A stretch of DNA of 64,000 bases from positions 21,804 through 85,803 of the IMG/VR virus record IMGVR_UViG_3300013999_000001. One strand, given 5' to 3'. The position numbers and the translations under genes are program-made. The notes beneath the pieces are model-generated. The model saw only the letters and a program-made list of their open reading frames with translations. It made no database searches and was not told the origin of the DNA. This document shows positions 27,757 to 37,649 of this stretch, in pieces (the first letter of the stretch is position 1; every line of letters begins with the position of its first letter). This DNA comes from a virus. Taxonomy: Duplodnaviria; Caudoviricetes.

Positions 27757-29178
27757 TCACTCCTTTTTATGGGGTTGGTGTATAGGGGATTTAGCGTGAC
27801 CGGCCACAGCGCGGCAGGCATCACCCAATCTCACGATTTTCTCCCCGTTCATACAAAATTGTTTCATCCTGCCCTGCTGGTGGTCCTCTGGGCTAAAGTA
27901 GCTCGCCTGTAGCGGGTTGTAGGTCCGGTTGCTTTCGCAGACCTTGTGGAATGTTCCCTTGGCATGCTGCACCACGTATCCATTAAGCGAGCCAGCGCCG
28001 TCGGGCATTGCGTCCAGCACGTAATTGATTGCCAGCGCTTCTTCGTGCGCAGCCTCTACCATTTCTTTGAAGCCTTCGCCGTAAATATCGATCCCCATTC
28101 GGCTGTTATGGATTGCACGCTGTTCAGGGGTTAGGCCGTCGCTAATAATGCCGTCAAATTCGTCGTTTTCTTCCAGCGCGGCGGCGTGTGCAGCATTGAT
28201 AATTAACATTTTCAGACCTGCGGTGTGGCCGGGCCAGAAACGCTGCAATTCCGGTGTGCTGAATTCAGGTAATGAATGGTCAAGCGCGGAGTTAACCGCC
28301 AGTGCTTCACCGTGCGCCGCCTCAATATCTGCTGCCAGCATACCCGGATGCAGACGCTCAGTCTGCGACAGCACAAAGTCAAAATCGTCAGGGGAAAGGC
28401 CATATTTCCATCCAAACTCCGGTAGCTGGTCAGCGTTACCGATCAGGCGGTCGATTTTGCGTGCCAGTGCCTCAGCCAGCTCCAGATCCTCGCGCTGGCG
28501 CACCGGGTTTCCCAGCCAGAATTCAGCACGTATGACTTCGGCAACGCGGCGCGGTTCGTCAGCTTCATGACGGCGCTTGACCTCCGCGTTAGCTTTCTTC
28601 TCCAGGATATGAAGAGAGGCACACGTCTCGTTTTTGCCGATAATCAAGCATTGCGCCACCAGCGCCCACAGGTCAGCCGTCAGCACGTTACGGCCACGAT
28701 GGAATGGGTTAGCGGAGGGGGTGAAGTAGTCAGGGTTACGCAGGCTGTTAACGGTGCTACCGTCGGTCAGCAGGTCTATACGGACGTTGTAGGCAATGCG
28801 GGCAACGATAGCCACATCGTTAAAAGTCATAGCGGCCAGGGCTTCGTCTACCGCTTCCGCTTTCTTCTGCTCGATGCGCTCAGCCACCAGGCCTTTCAGG
28901 CGCTTGTATTCAGCCTTAAACGCCGGGACATCTTCGATTGCGATCCACCAGCCACGGGAATAACCCTGATTGTAGTTCGGGCAGGCGTCACAGCAGCTCG
29001 CAAAGGTGGTTTCACTCAGCAGGGCGTCCATTGCTTCCAGTTCGGCTGCGGTAGCGTTTTCAATCAGGAAATGATGCTTGTTGCCGCGCAGAAGGTATTT
29101 AGCTGCAACTTTGCCGCTGAATGAGTTATCGCGGTCGGAGCGGTCGTGTTCAGAGGTGGACTGGCGTGATAATTTCAT
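27757..29178 (-). CDS. Hypothetical protein with three AAHx(E/A)ALxxN repeats
   Basis: GGAG RBS before ATG 29178; long open frame. Confidence 0.7.
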   Translation of the reverse strand: MKLSRQSTSEHDRSDRDNSFSGKVAAKYLLRGNKHHFLIENATAAELEAMDALLSETTFASCCDACPNYNQGYSRGWWIAIEDVPAFKAEYKRLKGLVAERIEQKKAEAVDEALAAMTFNDVAIVARIAYNVRIDLLTDGSTVNSLRNPDYFTPSANPFHRGRNVLTADLWALVAQCLIIGKNETCASLHILEKKANAEVKRRHEADEPRRVAEVIRAEFWLGNPVRQREDLELAEALARKIDRLIGNADQLPEFGWKYGLSPDDFDFVLSQTERLHPGMLAADIEAAHGEALAVNSALDHSLPEFSTPELQRFWPGHTAGLKMLIINAAHAAALEENDEFDGIISDGLTPEQRAIHNSRMGIDIYGEGFKEMVEAAHEEALAINYVLDAMPDGAGSLNGYVVQHAKGTFHKVCESNRTYNPLQASYFSPEDHQQGRMKQFCMNGEKIVRLGDACRAVAGHAKSPIHQPHKKE

Positions 29179-29329
29179 TTGGTATTCTCCGGTGTCGGTA
29201 AGCGCCGATTCGCTGGCGAAAGCTATCGCCTGAAACAGAATATACATGGGCGTTATTTCCAATGCAAACCGTTTTGTATCACAAAACAGTTTGCACCATA
29301 AAAAGCCCGCGTAATGCGGGCTGGTGGCC

Positions 29330-29680
29330 TTACTTTTTGGCTCTGCGTAGCAGTCTGTAACTGCGACCGCAAATCGTACATTTGGCCGACATAGACCCGC
29401 TGCGGGCCTGTTTCAGGGTAGATCGCGCCAGCTTGCAATGCGGGCAACGTTCCTCTGAGCAGCGCTCAGCCATGCGGTCATTGATTTCCTTCGTCATTTC
29501 CGGCGTGTGCTTACGGCGCGGCTTCGGCGGGATATGGCCCAGCGCCTTTGCAATTCTCCGATACTCCCGACGAATCCATGCGCCGTCCGACTCACGATCC
29601 AGTCCATCCCCTATCATGTCACCCAGCCTCACCAACTGGCTCATGAGGCTCTGCTCAGTTTCTTTGTCGAGCTTGCTCAT
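29330..29680 (-). CDS. Hypothetical protein with C-terminal Zn ribbon
   Basis: CPHC...CTIC. Confidence 0.6.
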   Translation of the reverse strand: MSKLDKETEQSLMSQLVRLGDMIGDGLDRESDGAWIRREYRRIAKALGHIPPKPRRKHTPEMTKEINDRMAERCSEERCPHCKLARSTLKQARSGSMSAKCTICGRSYRLLRRAKK

Positions 29681-30030
29681 AGACGTCTATTCTTCTCAAA
29701 CTGGAGTTGTTCAACCTCTATCGCATTATCACGGTCACGCTCCCAGCAAAGACGGTCATATTCCGCTTTCACGTCTGCGGGCCATTTTTCCATGTACGTG
29801 CCGTACTGCTCAGGGATAGCGATAAGGCGAAGCCTGCGTTCCTGACGCGGGTTTTTGAGTACATCGGACGGGCCGAGTATGGAAAACAGCGCACCGAGGC
29901 TCCCTGCCCCTTTTATGCTGGCGATAAGCTGTTCCGCTGACCCTCCAGCTCTGTTAGTTTTCAACATCGGCCCTATTCCTTTGTAATATCGACTTGGGTA
30001 ATTACGGGTTGTTTTTTCCATGCCGTCCAC
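29677..30030 (-). CDS. Hypothetical protein
   Basis: Overlapping operon architecture. Confidence 0.55.
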   Translation of the reverse strand: MDGMEKTTRNYPSRYYKGIGPMLKTNRAGGSAEQLIASIKGAGSLGALFSILGPSDVLKNPRQERRLRLIAIPEQYGTYMEKWPADVKAEYDRLCWERDRDNAIEVEQLQFEKNRRL

Positions 30031-30332
30031 GCGCCGTTTTTGTGCCAGCGCTCGTACTTAACGTGATCGTGCGAGGTATAGATTTGAGGCGCATCCCCTG
30101 CCTGGATTTCAGGGGTTAAGACGTCGATTTGTGAGCAAGTCTCGACCGCCGCAGCCATCGCCACGCTGGTGGGGCTGGCGGGAACCAGGAAGCTGCTTAA
30201 TGTTTCGCTTATTTGCTCGCGCAACTGCTGGCACCCGGCATATTTCACGGCGGTATCACGCAGACTGTTTACCAGCTCGCGGTAAACATGAGGAGGTAAC
30301 GAGTAAAGCTGGTTATTGTCCATTGGCTGCAT
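29973..30332 (-). CDS. Hypothetical protein
   Basis: Operon context. Confidence 0.55.
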   Translation of the reverse strand: MQPMDNNQLYSLPPHVYRELVNSLRDTAVKYAGCQQLREQISETLSSFLVPASPTSVAMAAAVETCSQIDVLTPEIQAGDAPQIYTSHDHVKYERWHKNGAWTAWKKQPVITQVDITKE

Positions 30333-30582
30333 ACTCCGCTAATAACTCTTCCCATTTCTCCACCAGCTTAATTCTTGTTGCTGATTCCATGCCGGGGTGA
30401 AACGATGTGCCATAGCGCAGGCAGTTATACGGGCATCTGATTTCCGCCGATCCCATGCTCATGCCATACTTGCGGACCCTCATTTCCGGTTCATTGCCGC
30501 ACTTCGGACATTTCATGCTGCTTAAATCAATTTTCCGCGTCACCGGCAGTCTCCTTTTGCATTGCAGATTGAATTGCATCAC
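30313..30582 (-). CDS. Lar-like zinc-ribbon protein
   Basis: CPKCG...AEIRCPYNC...WE pattern of restriction-alleviation Lar-type proteins. Confidence 0.55.
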   Translation of the reverse strand: MMQFNLQCKRRLPVTRKIDLSSMKCPKCGNEPEMRVRKYGMSMGSAEIRCPYNCLRYGTSFHPGMESATRIKLVEKWEELLAEYAANGQ

Positions 30583-31045
30583 GGCAGGCGCTAACTACAG
30601 TCCACCCGTCATAGGTAGCTAAATCACGCTGTAGGCGTTTTTCTGCGCTTTTCTTAGCGCGGCGCATACACTCACCAAAGACATCGCTGCTTACCTGGCT
30701 TTTCAGTTGCTCCAGCAGAGCCTCGTTTTCATATTGCCATCGAAGGCGATTGACCTCTTTTTCCTGACAGCGCAAAACAGACAGCTGTTCACATATTCTT
30801 GAACGACACCAAAACCATGATTTATGTGCCGAAGTTGCCCGACGATACCAGTCAGATTCTTGGTCTGGATGCTGGGCCAATTGATTTTTGATGCGGCTGA
30901 GCGTTCTGTCTGTTAGCTCCAGACCACGCAGACAATCTTCAATAGTTACCAGCGAGTCCAAATTGATACGCCCGTTTTCAAGCGTGATAGCTTTCCCTGA
31001 ATTTTCAATGACTTTTGGAGGCTGCTCTTTGCTGAATTCATCCAT
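30527..31045 (-). CDS. Hypothetical helical protein
   Basis: 172 aa, GAGG RBS. Confidence 0.65.
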   Translation of the reverse strand: MDEFSKEQPPKVIENSGKAITLENGRINLDSLVTIEDCLRGLELTDRTLSRIKNQLAQHPDQESDWYRRATSAHKSWFWCRSRICEQLSVLRCQEKEVNRLRWQYENEALLEQLKSQVSSDVFGECMRRAKKSAEKRLQRDLATYDGWTVVSACRDAIQSAMQKETAGDAEN

Positions 31046-31047
31046 CG

Positions 31048-31317
31048 TTATACTTCCTCAGTCACTAAGTAGGTTTCATTCCGGTTAATGGCCTTTCTTG
31101 CCTTCCCAGCTTCGATCAGTTCGCCCACCAGCTGTTGCAGCTTCTCCGCTTCCTCTGGCTGTTTCTCAATAAGTTTTTTTATTTCGGCTTGCAGGTACTT
31201 AGCGCGGTAATCCAGCGCGTTCAGGATATCTATGCCCGGTAGTTTTAATTGCAGCGCAGCCTTCGGATATTTTTCGATATCTTTTTCAAGCGTCATGGTT
31301 TGCTTCCTTACTGGCAC
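31048..31317 (-). CDS. Hypothetical protein
   Basis: Operon context; probable start at MTLEKD. Confidence 0.55.
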   Translation of the reverse strand: MPVRKQTMTLEKDIEKYPKAALQLKLPGIDILNALDYRAKYLQAEIKKLIEKQPEEAEKLQQLVGELIEAGKARKAINRNETYLVTEEV

Positions 31318-31834
31318 GAAACAGGAACGACTGCTGATAGCCGGTCAGGAACCACAATCCGTCAGCGCGCTGACTCATTTCGTACCAGTCACACTCGTCG
31401 AGGTCAGAAACAAGGTTGTCACCGCAGATGCAGATGTCCGGGCCGCGCGGTTCAGCGTCATAGATTGCGCCAACGGTGAACCATGCGGGTTCGGTCGAGC
31501 TAACGCATTCCATTTTGGTGGTGCTCGTCGCCTCCACGGCATACTTCGCAAAATCCTCCTCGCCGGTTGCCCGGTGAGCCAGGTTGCCGACGCCGTTCGT
31601 GACGAATTGCCCTTTGGGCAGGAAAGTACGCGGGAACCGGTTATGCCACTGACCGAACTCGGTTGCTGTACCGTCTTTGAATTTCACCGGTCCGCAGGCA
31701 GAGCACAGCAGCTTGCCCTTGCGTTCCGGCGCGTAGCTCCAGTCGAAGAATTGGGTAAAAAAGCCTTTAAACCCCTGCGATGACAGCGCGGTATTCTCAC
31801 AGCACCCGCAGTTTTCACACTGAAAGAGACTCAC
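31286..31834 (-). CDS. Zn-binding phage protein
   Basis: CENCGC...LCSAC...GQWHNRF motif. Confidence 0.65.
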   Translation of the reverse strand: MSLFQCENCGCCENTALSSQGFKGFFTQFFDWSYAPERKGKLLCSACGPVKFKDGTATEFGQWHNRFPRTFLPKGQFVTNGVGNLAHRATGEEDFAKYAVEATSTTKMECVSSTEPAWFTVGAIYDAEPRGPDICICGDNLVSDLDECDWYEMSQRADGLWFLTGYQQSFLFRASKEANHDA

Positions 31835-32553
31835 TGGCTGGCCTCATTGCTGATGCTGTTAAAGCCCAGGTAAACAGCCATAGACCGGTCCACCAGCTTC
31901 GTGTTGTGATATTTGCCTATACCCCAGACGATCGCATGCAGAATCCAGAGGAAATGGACGCTGTAGGTTTTGTAGGTGATATCGCTGCATAGCTCCCAGG
32001 TGTCCACACACTCAGGCCAGTACGCTTCATAAACGGCGTGAGACGCTAATTCGGCGCTTTGGTGGTTCTCATTGCACAGGTCGCGGACAATCTCGCGGAT
32101 CTTCGCTTTGTCGCTGTCCGGTTCATCGCTTTCATCGTCCCAGTCAACGTCCGGCTCGTCCTCGTCGTCCTCTTCAAAGTACGTGCTGAGCTGTTCTTTC
32201 AGGCTCGCGCAAAATTCATCATGGTCGTATTCCTGCGCCAGGAAGTCATGCGCTGAACGGCCCGCGCCAGCTTCCAGCTTTTCAGACCAGTAACCCGCAT
32301 TGATGCCCTTTTCAAAGACGCCACCGAAGAAATTGAACATGTCCCGGGTGCGACTGAATGTCCATGTGCCCATGTCGCCGGTAACGGCCAGATACCCGGG
32401 CCATGTAACAATGTCGAAGTAGTAACAGGAGGTGCCGGGTTGTGCGAAACGCAGGTGGCGGTAAACGCCGTTGTCCTGCAATACGGTCATGCGGTGCTCG
32501 CATACATCAGAGATAAAGCGCGTAACCAGATCGTTCTTGCGACGTGTTTTCAT
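31831..32553 (-). CDS. Conserved phage hypothetical protein
   Basis: FDIVTWPGYLAVTGDMGTWTF and GYWSEKL, a recurrent phage family pattern. Confidence 0.7.
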   Translation of the reverse strand: MKTRRKNDLVTRFISDVCEHRMTVLQDNGVYRHLRFAQPGTSCYYFDIVTWPGYLAVTGDMGTWTFSRTRDMFNFFGGVFEKGINAGYWSEKLEAGAGRSAHDFLAQEYDHDEFCASLKEQLSTYFEEDDEDEPDVDWDDESDEPDSDKAKIREIVRDLCNENHQSAELASHAVYEAYWPECVDTWELCSDITYKTYSVHFLWILHAIVWGIGKYHNTKLVDRSMAVYLGFNSISNEASQ

Positions 32554-32885
32554 TGTGCTGAATCCTTTTCCCCCGCCCCACCAGCGTGCTCAAGGTCTAC
32601 GCCCATGCTTTCCAAGGCAGAGCGCCAGCGGTTCTTCATTTCATCAGTGCAATGCGCCATCGCGTCATCCCAAGATGGCCAGCGTTTCTCTTCCGCGTAG
32701 AACGAATACTGATAAAAGAGCGACTGAGCGTTATGTGGCAATTCTGCCGGGTGGCTGGTGGCACATACTGGGCAGGTGCCAGGTGGCGCAGGTACAATTA
32801 TCGCATTAACCGCGCGGGCCTTAACCTCTCCGGTTTCAAGGTCAACGGTCTGCGTTTCAAGTGGCAGCGTGTGGATCATGCTCAT
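32550..32885 (-). CDS. Hypothetical protein
   Basis: CPVCATSHPAELPHNAQSLFYQ...WPSWDDAMAHC. Confidence 0.65.
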   Translation of the reverse strand: MSMIHTLPLETQTVDLETGEVKARAVNAIIVPAPPGTCPVCATSHPAELPHNAQSLFYQYSFYAEEKRWPSWDDAMAHCTDEMKNRWRSALESMGVDLEHAGGAGEKDSAQ

Positions 32886-33394
32886 TGTTTTAGCTCCTGC
32901 GTCCCGTCCAGGCGTTTAAATTCGATTGCCCACACCCAGGGATTGCTGCCCCAGCTTCCTTCTCCGTAGATGTCATCCCACAGCCAAGAAAACACTTCCC
33001 GCGCGTCGTGGCTTGCCTCGCCGAAATACTGCATACCCGGCATAAGGCAGTAGCGCCCGGACGCCGGTAATGTGTGCAATCCTTCCCGGACCGCATCGCG
33101 TGCGGTGATATCTCGGACTCGCTGAATGTGTAATTTGGTGATTTCCAGCGTCAGCTCGCCGCAGGTCAGGCGATCGCCAACCTGACCATACGGACTGTTA
33201 GCCAGCATCATGCTGATATGGCGAGTTTGCTCAGGGCCTGCCGAATTCAGCGCGTCAGGCTGTAAGTCGGCCCCGCAGAAATGCTCCTGCTTAATAATGC
33301 GTCGCGTCTGGCTTTTGATGCCTTTAAGGATGGCGTCGAGCGTCAAGTCGTTAAACGAAACGGGGGTTGTTTTAACAGTCGTTTGAGCACTCAT
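32882..33394 (-). CDS. ASCH/PmgT-like protein
   Basis: PVSFND..LDAILKGIKSQTRR, CPYG-like SPYGQVGDRL, and W.SNPWVWAIEF. Confidence 0.75.
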   Translation of the reverse strand: MSAQTTVKTTPVSFNDLTLDAILKGIKSQTRRIIKQEHFCGADLQPDALNSAGPEQTRHISMMLANSPYGQVGDRLTCGELTLEITKLHIQRVRDITARDAVREGLHTLPASGRYCLMPGMQYFGEASHDAREVFSWLWDDIYGEGSWGSNPWVWAIEFKRLDGTQELKQ

Positions 33395-33750
33395 GCCGCA
33401 CCGCCAGCAGAAGCGAGGCGGTCAGCCAGGTCAGAAAGTGGTGTTAACTGGATTTGCGGCATCAGCGCGGCCAGTAGCCCCGTATTGCGCTTATTAACGT
33501 GGTTAGAGTCGAGGGCATTAATCAGGTCACTAACGTTGATCTGCGTCAGCGGACGCGTCATGCGGTATCCGCCGCCCGGACCGCGCAGACTTTCCACCAG
33601 CCCCGCGCGGCGAAGAGGACTCATAACTTGTTCAATGGCCGAGTTGCATCTGCCGGTTTTGATCGTCAGCTCAGATACTGACGTGATGTCGGTTGAATTC
33701 AGCGCGCAAAGAATTTCAAAAGCGGCTTCATGGCGGGAGGCAATAATCAT
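33391..33750 (-). CDS. Rrf2-family winged-helix regulator
   Basis: LRRAGLVESLRGPGGGYRM...INVSDLINAL. Confidence 0.8.
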   Translation of the reverse strand: MIIASRHEAAFEILCALNSTDITSVSELTIKTGRCNSAIEQVMSPLRRAGLVESLRGPGGGYRMTRPLTQINVSDLINALDSNHVNKRNTGLLAALMPQIQLTPLSDLADRLASAGGAA

Positions 33751-33773
33751 GGTTGTTCCTTTGGTGCTGGCCG

Positions 33774-34313
33774 TCAGGCTGGCACGGTGATGTCGTTAAC
33801 AGGGGAAAGCGTCGGGGCGGTGATGTCTTCACGATCCGGGCTGTAAGCTGGTGGTCTGAAAGCGGCGACCTGGAGGCAAGTAATACCCATGCCGCGTATC
33901 GCGCGCACCACGTTGTCGTTGTCGTCGAACGCGCAGAAGATGAGATCCGGGCCGATAGCCTTAATCCAGTCAGTTTTCACGGCGGCAGGTTCGCGGTGTT
34001 CATCCGGGCCGCGCATGATAAGGCGGTCATACGGGATGTTATGGCGCGTAAGCCACGCCACGGTTTCCGCGCGGGCCACTTCGCCCCGGCTGGTCAGAAT
34101 GAAAATGCGGTAATGCTCACTCAGCGATACCAGTAAGCGGATTACGGGGGTGATAGGCGCGTCGTTACCGCAGGCCAGGCTGAACCGGTCCCAGCTCGAC
34201 GCAATATGCGCGATGCTGGCAGGCGGGATCAGATGGCTACGGTGCCGGGTATCCGCCAGCGTGTCGCACAAGTCAAAAATGATGATATCGGGCAAGGCCA
34301 TTCGCTCTCTCAC
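33774..34313 (-). CDS. HAD-family phosphatase (PseT C-terminal/P1 Pap-like)
   Basis: FDLCDTLAD, LTSR, K and AFDD motifs. Confidence 0.75.
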   Translation of the reverse strand: MRERMALPDIIIFDLCDTLADTRHRSHLIPPASIAHIASSWDRFSLACGNDAPITPVIRLLVSLSEHYRIFILTSRGEVARAETVAWLTRHNIPYDRLIMRGPDEHREPAAVKTDWIKAIGPDLIFCAFDDNDNVVRAIRGMGITCLQVAAFRPPAYSPDREDITAPTLSPVNDITVPA

Positions 34314-34478
34314 TCTCTCTGTAAATCCTCATATTTTCAAATGATAATACAGATAGTGAATCTAAGGAAAATATTATTTATAGTTTTCGTTTTAATGCAT
34401 TGGATAATGACAAAATGCTTTTTCCATTCCTAAAAGTGATCAAGAATCTAAGAAATTAATTTATTGGATGTTTTGAGA

Positions 34479-35066
34479 ATGGAAAAGAAGAATGAGCGAT
34501 ACGAAAAGCAACGCCTCGCCGCAGAACGCGACCGGGAACGCAAAAGAGCCAAGCTGGCTGACCCAGCTTACCAGAAGGCTCAGCAGGAAAAACGCCAGGC
34601 GTCAGCAGAACGACAGCGCCTGCGACAGCGGGAACGCCAGCAGGAAAAGCGCCAGAAAGCCGCTGTAGCACCAAAAGCCGCGCCGGTCGCCATGGTGCGC
34701 AAGAAGTCCACGCGCGGCCTGAAAGGCCGCACACCAACCGCCGCAGAAAAACGGGCAATGACCGCCCTCGCCCGCCTGTCATGTGTCGCCTGCGCGCTGC
34801 ACGGGGAAGATCAACCGCTTATCAGTCTCCATCACATCGACGGGCGCGAGAAACCCGGTGCGCACTTCATGGTGATCCCTCTCTGCCGATGGCACCACCA
34901 GCATGCCGCTCCGAAAGAGATCCGCGCGATTTATCCGTGGCTGGTGCCTGTCCACTCGGACGGCAGCTGCGGGGGCAAGGCGGCATTTACCGCCCTGAAT
35001 GCGAGCGAAGAGGATTTGCTGGCTATCGCCTACGAGCGGGCTGGCATTGTGCGGGAGGCGGCTTAA
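34479..35066 (+). CDS. ref: Ref, RecA-dependent HNH nuclease
   Basis: RGLKGRTPT, CVAC, SLHH, LCRWHHQHAAP and YPWLVPVH match recalled P1 Ref. Confidence 0.92.
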   Translation: MEKKNERYEKQRLAAERDRERKRAKLADPAYQKAQQEKRQASAERQRLRQRERQQEKRQKAAVAPKAAPVAMVRKKSTRGLKGRTPTAAEKRAMTALARLSCVACALHGEDQPLISLHHIDGREKPGAHFMVIPLCRWHHQHAAPKEIRAIYPWLVPVHSDGSCGGKAAFTALNASEEDLLAIAYERAGIVREAA

Positions 35067-35299
35067 TGGCCCGTAACGCGCTGGAGCGCGACAGCAACCC
35101 TCACGGTCACCGCTACTACTTCGATCCTCTATCCCGAACGCATATCTGCAATGTGTGCGGCACCTGCAAGCGGCGGAACGGTGTTTTCTGGTGGGCGGGC
35201 AAGTGGTCACGTCAGGAACCGCCATGCGGGCATGACAGCCCGCCACAAAGAATCTGGCACGACAATGCGAATCCCGACCCGGACCCCGATAAAATTTAA
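35066..35299 (+). CDS. Small Cys/His-rich protein
   Basis: ATG overlaps the ref stop (TAATG); CNVCGTC. Confidence 0.55.
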   Translation: MARNALERDSNPHGHRYYFDPLSRTHICNVCGTCKRRNGVFWWAGKWSRQEPPCGHDSPPQRIWHDNANPDPDPDKI

Positions 35300-35325
35300 A
35301 AAAAATTCTTGACCGGCAAAAACAC

Positions 35326-35346
35326 AAAGTACAAACCGTTTATTGT
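35326..35346 (+). promoter_or_regulatory. Candidate late promoter
   Basis: AAA-GT-ACAAACC-GTT-TATTGT. Confidence 0.6.
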
Positions 35347-35471
35347 TCCCGCAGCCATTGGTTCCCACGAGGGTACTTTTGACAATTTACTTCCTGCTAA
35401 GCGCGGACGGGACACCAATAGCCAGCAAGGGGCCGCATTAGCGGCCTTTTTGCTTTTCTGAGAGAGAGAAC

Positions 35472-36128
35472 ATGAACCAGAAGATCGCCGTTATCACGCT
35501 GACAACAGATAAACCGATGTACATCACGGCGATGTTGTCCGGCGACAACCTGATTATGTCCGCACCTAAGTCGCTGCCGGGGAGCCTTGAAGGCCAGCGG
35601 CAGAAGCTCACTCCGGCAATTGCCAAGCTGCGCAAAAGCGGTTTTAAAGTGCTGGTGGATGAGACAAGCGGCGCTATTTCTGCCGCAACCGGCGCGAGCC
35701 ATGTATCCCTGAAATCACGCTTTAACGACGGACGCGCTGCCGTGGTCGTCGGCATCGAGCGCTACAACGAAATGCGTCTGCAAAAGACCATTTCACTGCC
35801 GAGTAAAAACGCGGGCGCATACGATATCCCGGCGAGCATCGTCGATATTGAATTCAACGCCAAAGGGGAAGAGGTCTATCGCATCAACTGGCCTGACATT
35901 CGCCCTGAGCACATCCTGACGATCCTTTGCTGTTATGCGACGGTGTATCACCCGGTTGCCTCTGCTGACTACATCAACGCCATGACCGGCGCAGCCGAGG
36001 AAAAACCGCGTGACGGGCTGCTACAGGTATTTTCAAAGCTTGTGAACCACCAGCACGTCACCAGCGCCGCCGCAGTCCCTGCCACGCTTGCTGGCACCCG
36101 CATCAGTGATGACGAGGTGGTGCTGTGA
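35472..36128 (+). CDS. mat: Mat-like particle maturation protein
   Basis: Follows ref as in P1; GFKVLVDE, DGR and YRINW pattern. Confidence 0.55.
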   Translation: MNQKIAVITLTTDKPMYITAMLSGDNLIMSAPKSLPGSLEGQRQKLTPAIAKLRKSGFKVLVDETSGAISAATGASHVSLKSRFNDGRAAVVVGIERYNEMRLQKTISLPSKNAGAYDIPASIVDIEFNAKGEEVYRINWPDIRPEHILTILCCYATVYHPVASADYINAMTGAAEEKPRDGLLQVFSKLVNHQHVTSAAAVPATLAGTRISDDEVVL

Positions 36129-36451
36129 GTTATAACCGTCTGGATGACCGCACCATTGACGACCCGATACTGCTGGCGCTGTTCCATCAGGAAGTTATTG
36201 CCCGCGCCACCAGCTACAACGCCGATAATATCCAGTACACCATTAAGCCGGACGAGGCTCAACGTTCCGATCTTGCCGCCTTTCGCGCCTACGAAAACGC
36301 CGAGCTGCGCTGGGTGTTTCGCCTGCTGGTGGGCCACGAAGCGGAAACCGAAAACATGCCGATCGGCACCACGCTGACTCTGCCAGCTATCACCTGGTTG
36401 CGCGATCGCATGCGCGACTATGCTGGTGCGCCGGAGTTAATCAGTGGCTGA
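36125..36451 (+). CDS. Baseplate protein, P1 gp26-like
   Basis: Size and gene order 26-25-7-24-6-5. Confidence 0.55.
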   Translation: MSYNRLDDRTIDDPILLALFHQEVIARATSYNADNIQYTIKPDEAQRSDLAAFRAYENAELRWVFRLLVGHEAETENMPIGTTLTLPAITWLRDRMRDYAGAPELISG

Positions 36452-37649
36452 GTTCCCGCGCGCCAGCAACGGGCGCTATCAGACCGAAGGGCTTTCTTCG
36501 AAAGAGTTTGAGCGTCTTTTCTCGCAGATAGAAAAGGACAAGCGCAGTAAGCGCCGCCAGGCACGGCGGACGCTGACCCCGCTAACGCTCAAGAACAAAA
36601 ACGCTGATGACATCATTGCGCTGGGGAAGAAGAAAAAAGACGGCACGTTTTTCACTGCCGATGACCTGCAACAGTTCGCCAAAAATCGCAAGTTTTTACG
36701 CCAGAAGCTCAATTCCGGCGTGGCGGGCATCACCTATGCGCAGCTGGTGGCCGCAAGCCTCGACATTGATATCAAGCGCGCAAACAACAAGGTCGATGAC
36801 GGCAGCGGCATCAAGCGGGCCACGCCTTCGACCCTGAAACACAATGAGATCACCATTAGCGTGGAAGCCTCAGAGCGCAGCGAGGACCAGCATCACCGCG
36901 TGAAGGTCCGTTTTGAGGAGTGGGATCAGCTCATTGACGATCTGAGCGATGAGAAAAACGCCACGCGGGTGGCAAAGCGTCTGTGTGCTGGCCGTGTGTC
37001 GTTCGACTGTGATTGTGGCCGTCATCAATACTGGTATCGCTACATCGCCACTGCCGGGAATTTTGCCCTGGCCCCACCGAAGGAATACGCCTACCCCAAA
37101 ATCAAGAACCCGAATCTGTCCGGGCTGGCATGCAAGCATGTGATCCACGCGATGACACGGCTTCAATCGTCAAGCTGGCAGATGAGTATCGGCAAAGCGA
37201 TGCTCAAAGCCGCTTCCCGCGTGGCATTTGGCGACGACAGACGCCGGACAACCCAGCACTTCACCGATGAAGATCGCAAACAGTTTGGCCGTAACCGTAA
37301 CGCCCAGACAAACAAAGCCGCAGCCAGCGCCGAGTATGAGCGTTACCAGAAGCGCCAGCTGGCGTTAGGCAAGCAGATTGGCCGCGATACCAAAAAGCTG
37401 GAGCAGCTGAGCAAGCAGCTGGTGAAGGCCAGGAAGCAAAGCGCCACGCAGCGCGCCCGCTCCGCAGAGAAAGAAGCGAAGCTCAAGCAGGAAAAAGAGA
37501 AGAACAAGCTGTTACAGCAGCAACTGGCGGACCAGTTCAAGGTCCAGAAACAGGCGTTCACCGATGCGCTGATAGCAACGGGAATGAGCCGCAAAGAGGC
37601 TGAGAAACGCTTCATGGATTACGTGAAAAACAAAGGCACCCCTTCATGA
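36444..37649 (+). CDS. P1 gp25-like protein with SWIM-like Zn finger
   Basis: FDCDCGRH...CKHVIH; 401 aa; synteny. Confidence 0.65.
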   Translation: MAEFPRASNGRYQTEGLSSKEFERLFSQIEKDKRSKRRQARRTLTPLTLKNKNADDIIALGKKKKDGTFFTADDLQQFAKNRKFLRQKLNSGVAGITYAQLVAASLDIDIKRANNKVDDGSGIKRATPSTLKHNEITISVEASERSEDQHHRVKVRFEEWDQLIDDLSDEKNATRVAKRLCAGRVSFDCDCGRHQYWYRYIATAGNFALAPPKEYAYPKIKNPNLSGLACKHVIHAMTRLQSSSWQMSIGKAMLKAASRVAFGDDRRRTTQHFTDEDRKQFGRNRNAQTNKAAASAEYERYQKRQLALGKQIGRDTKKLEQLSKQLVKARKQSATQRARSAEKEAKLKQEKEKNKLLQQQLADQFKVQKQAFTDALIATGMSRKEAEKRFMDYVKNKGTPS

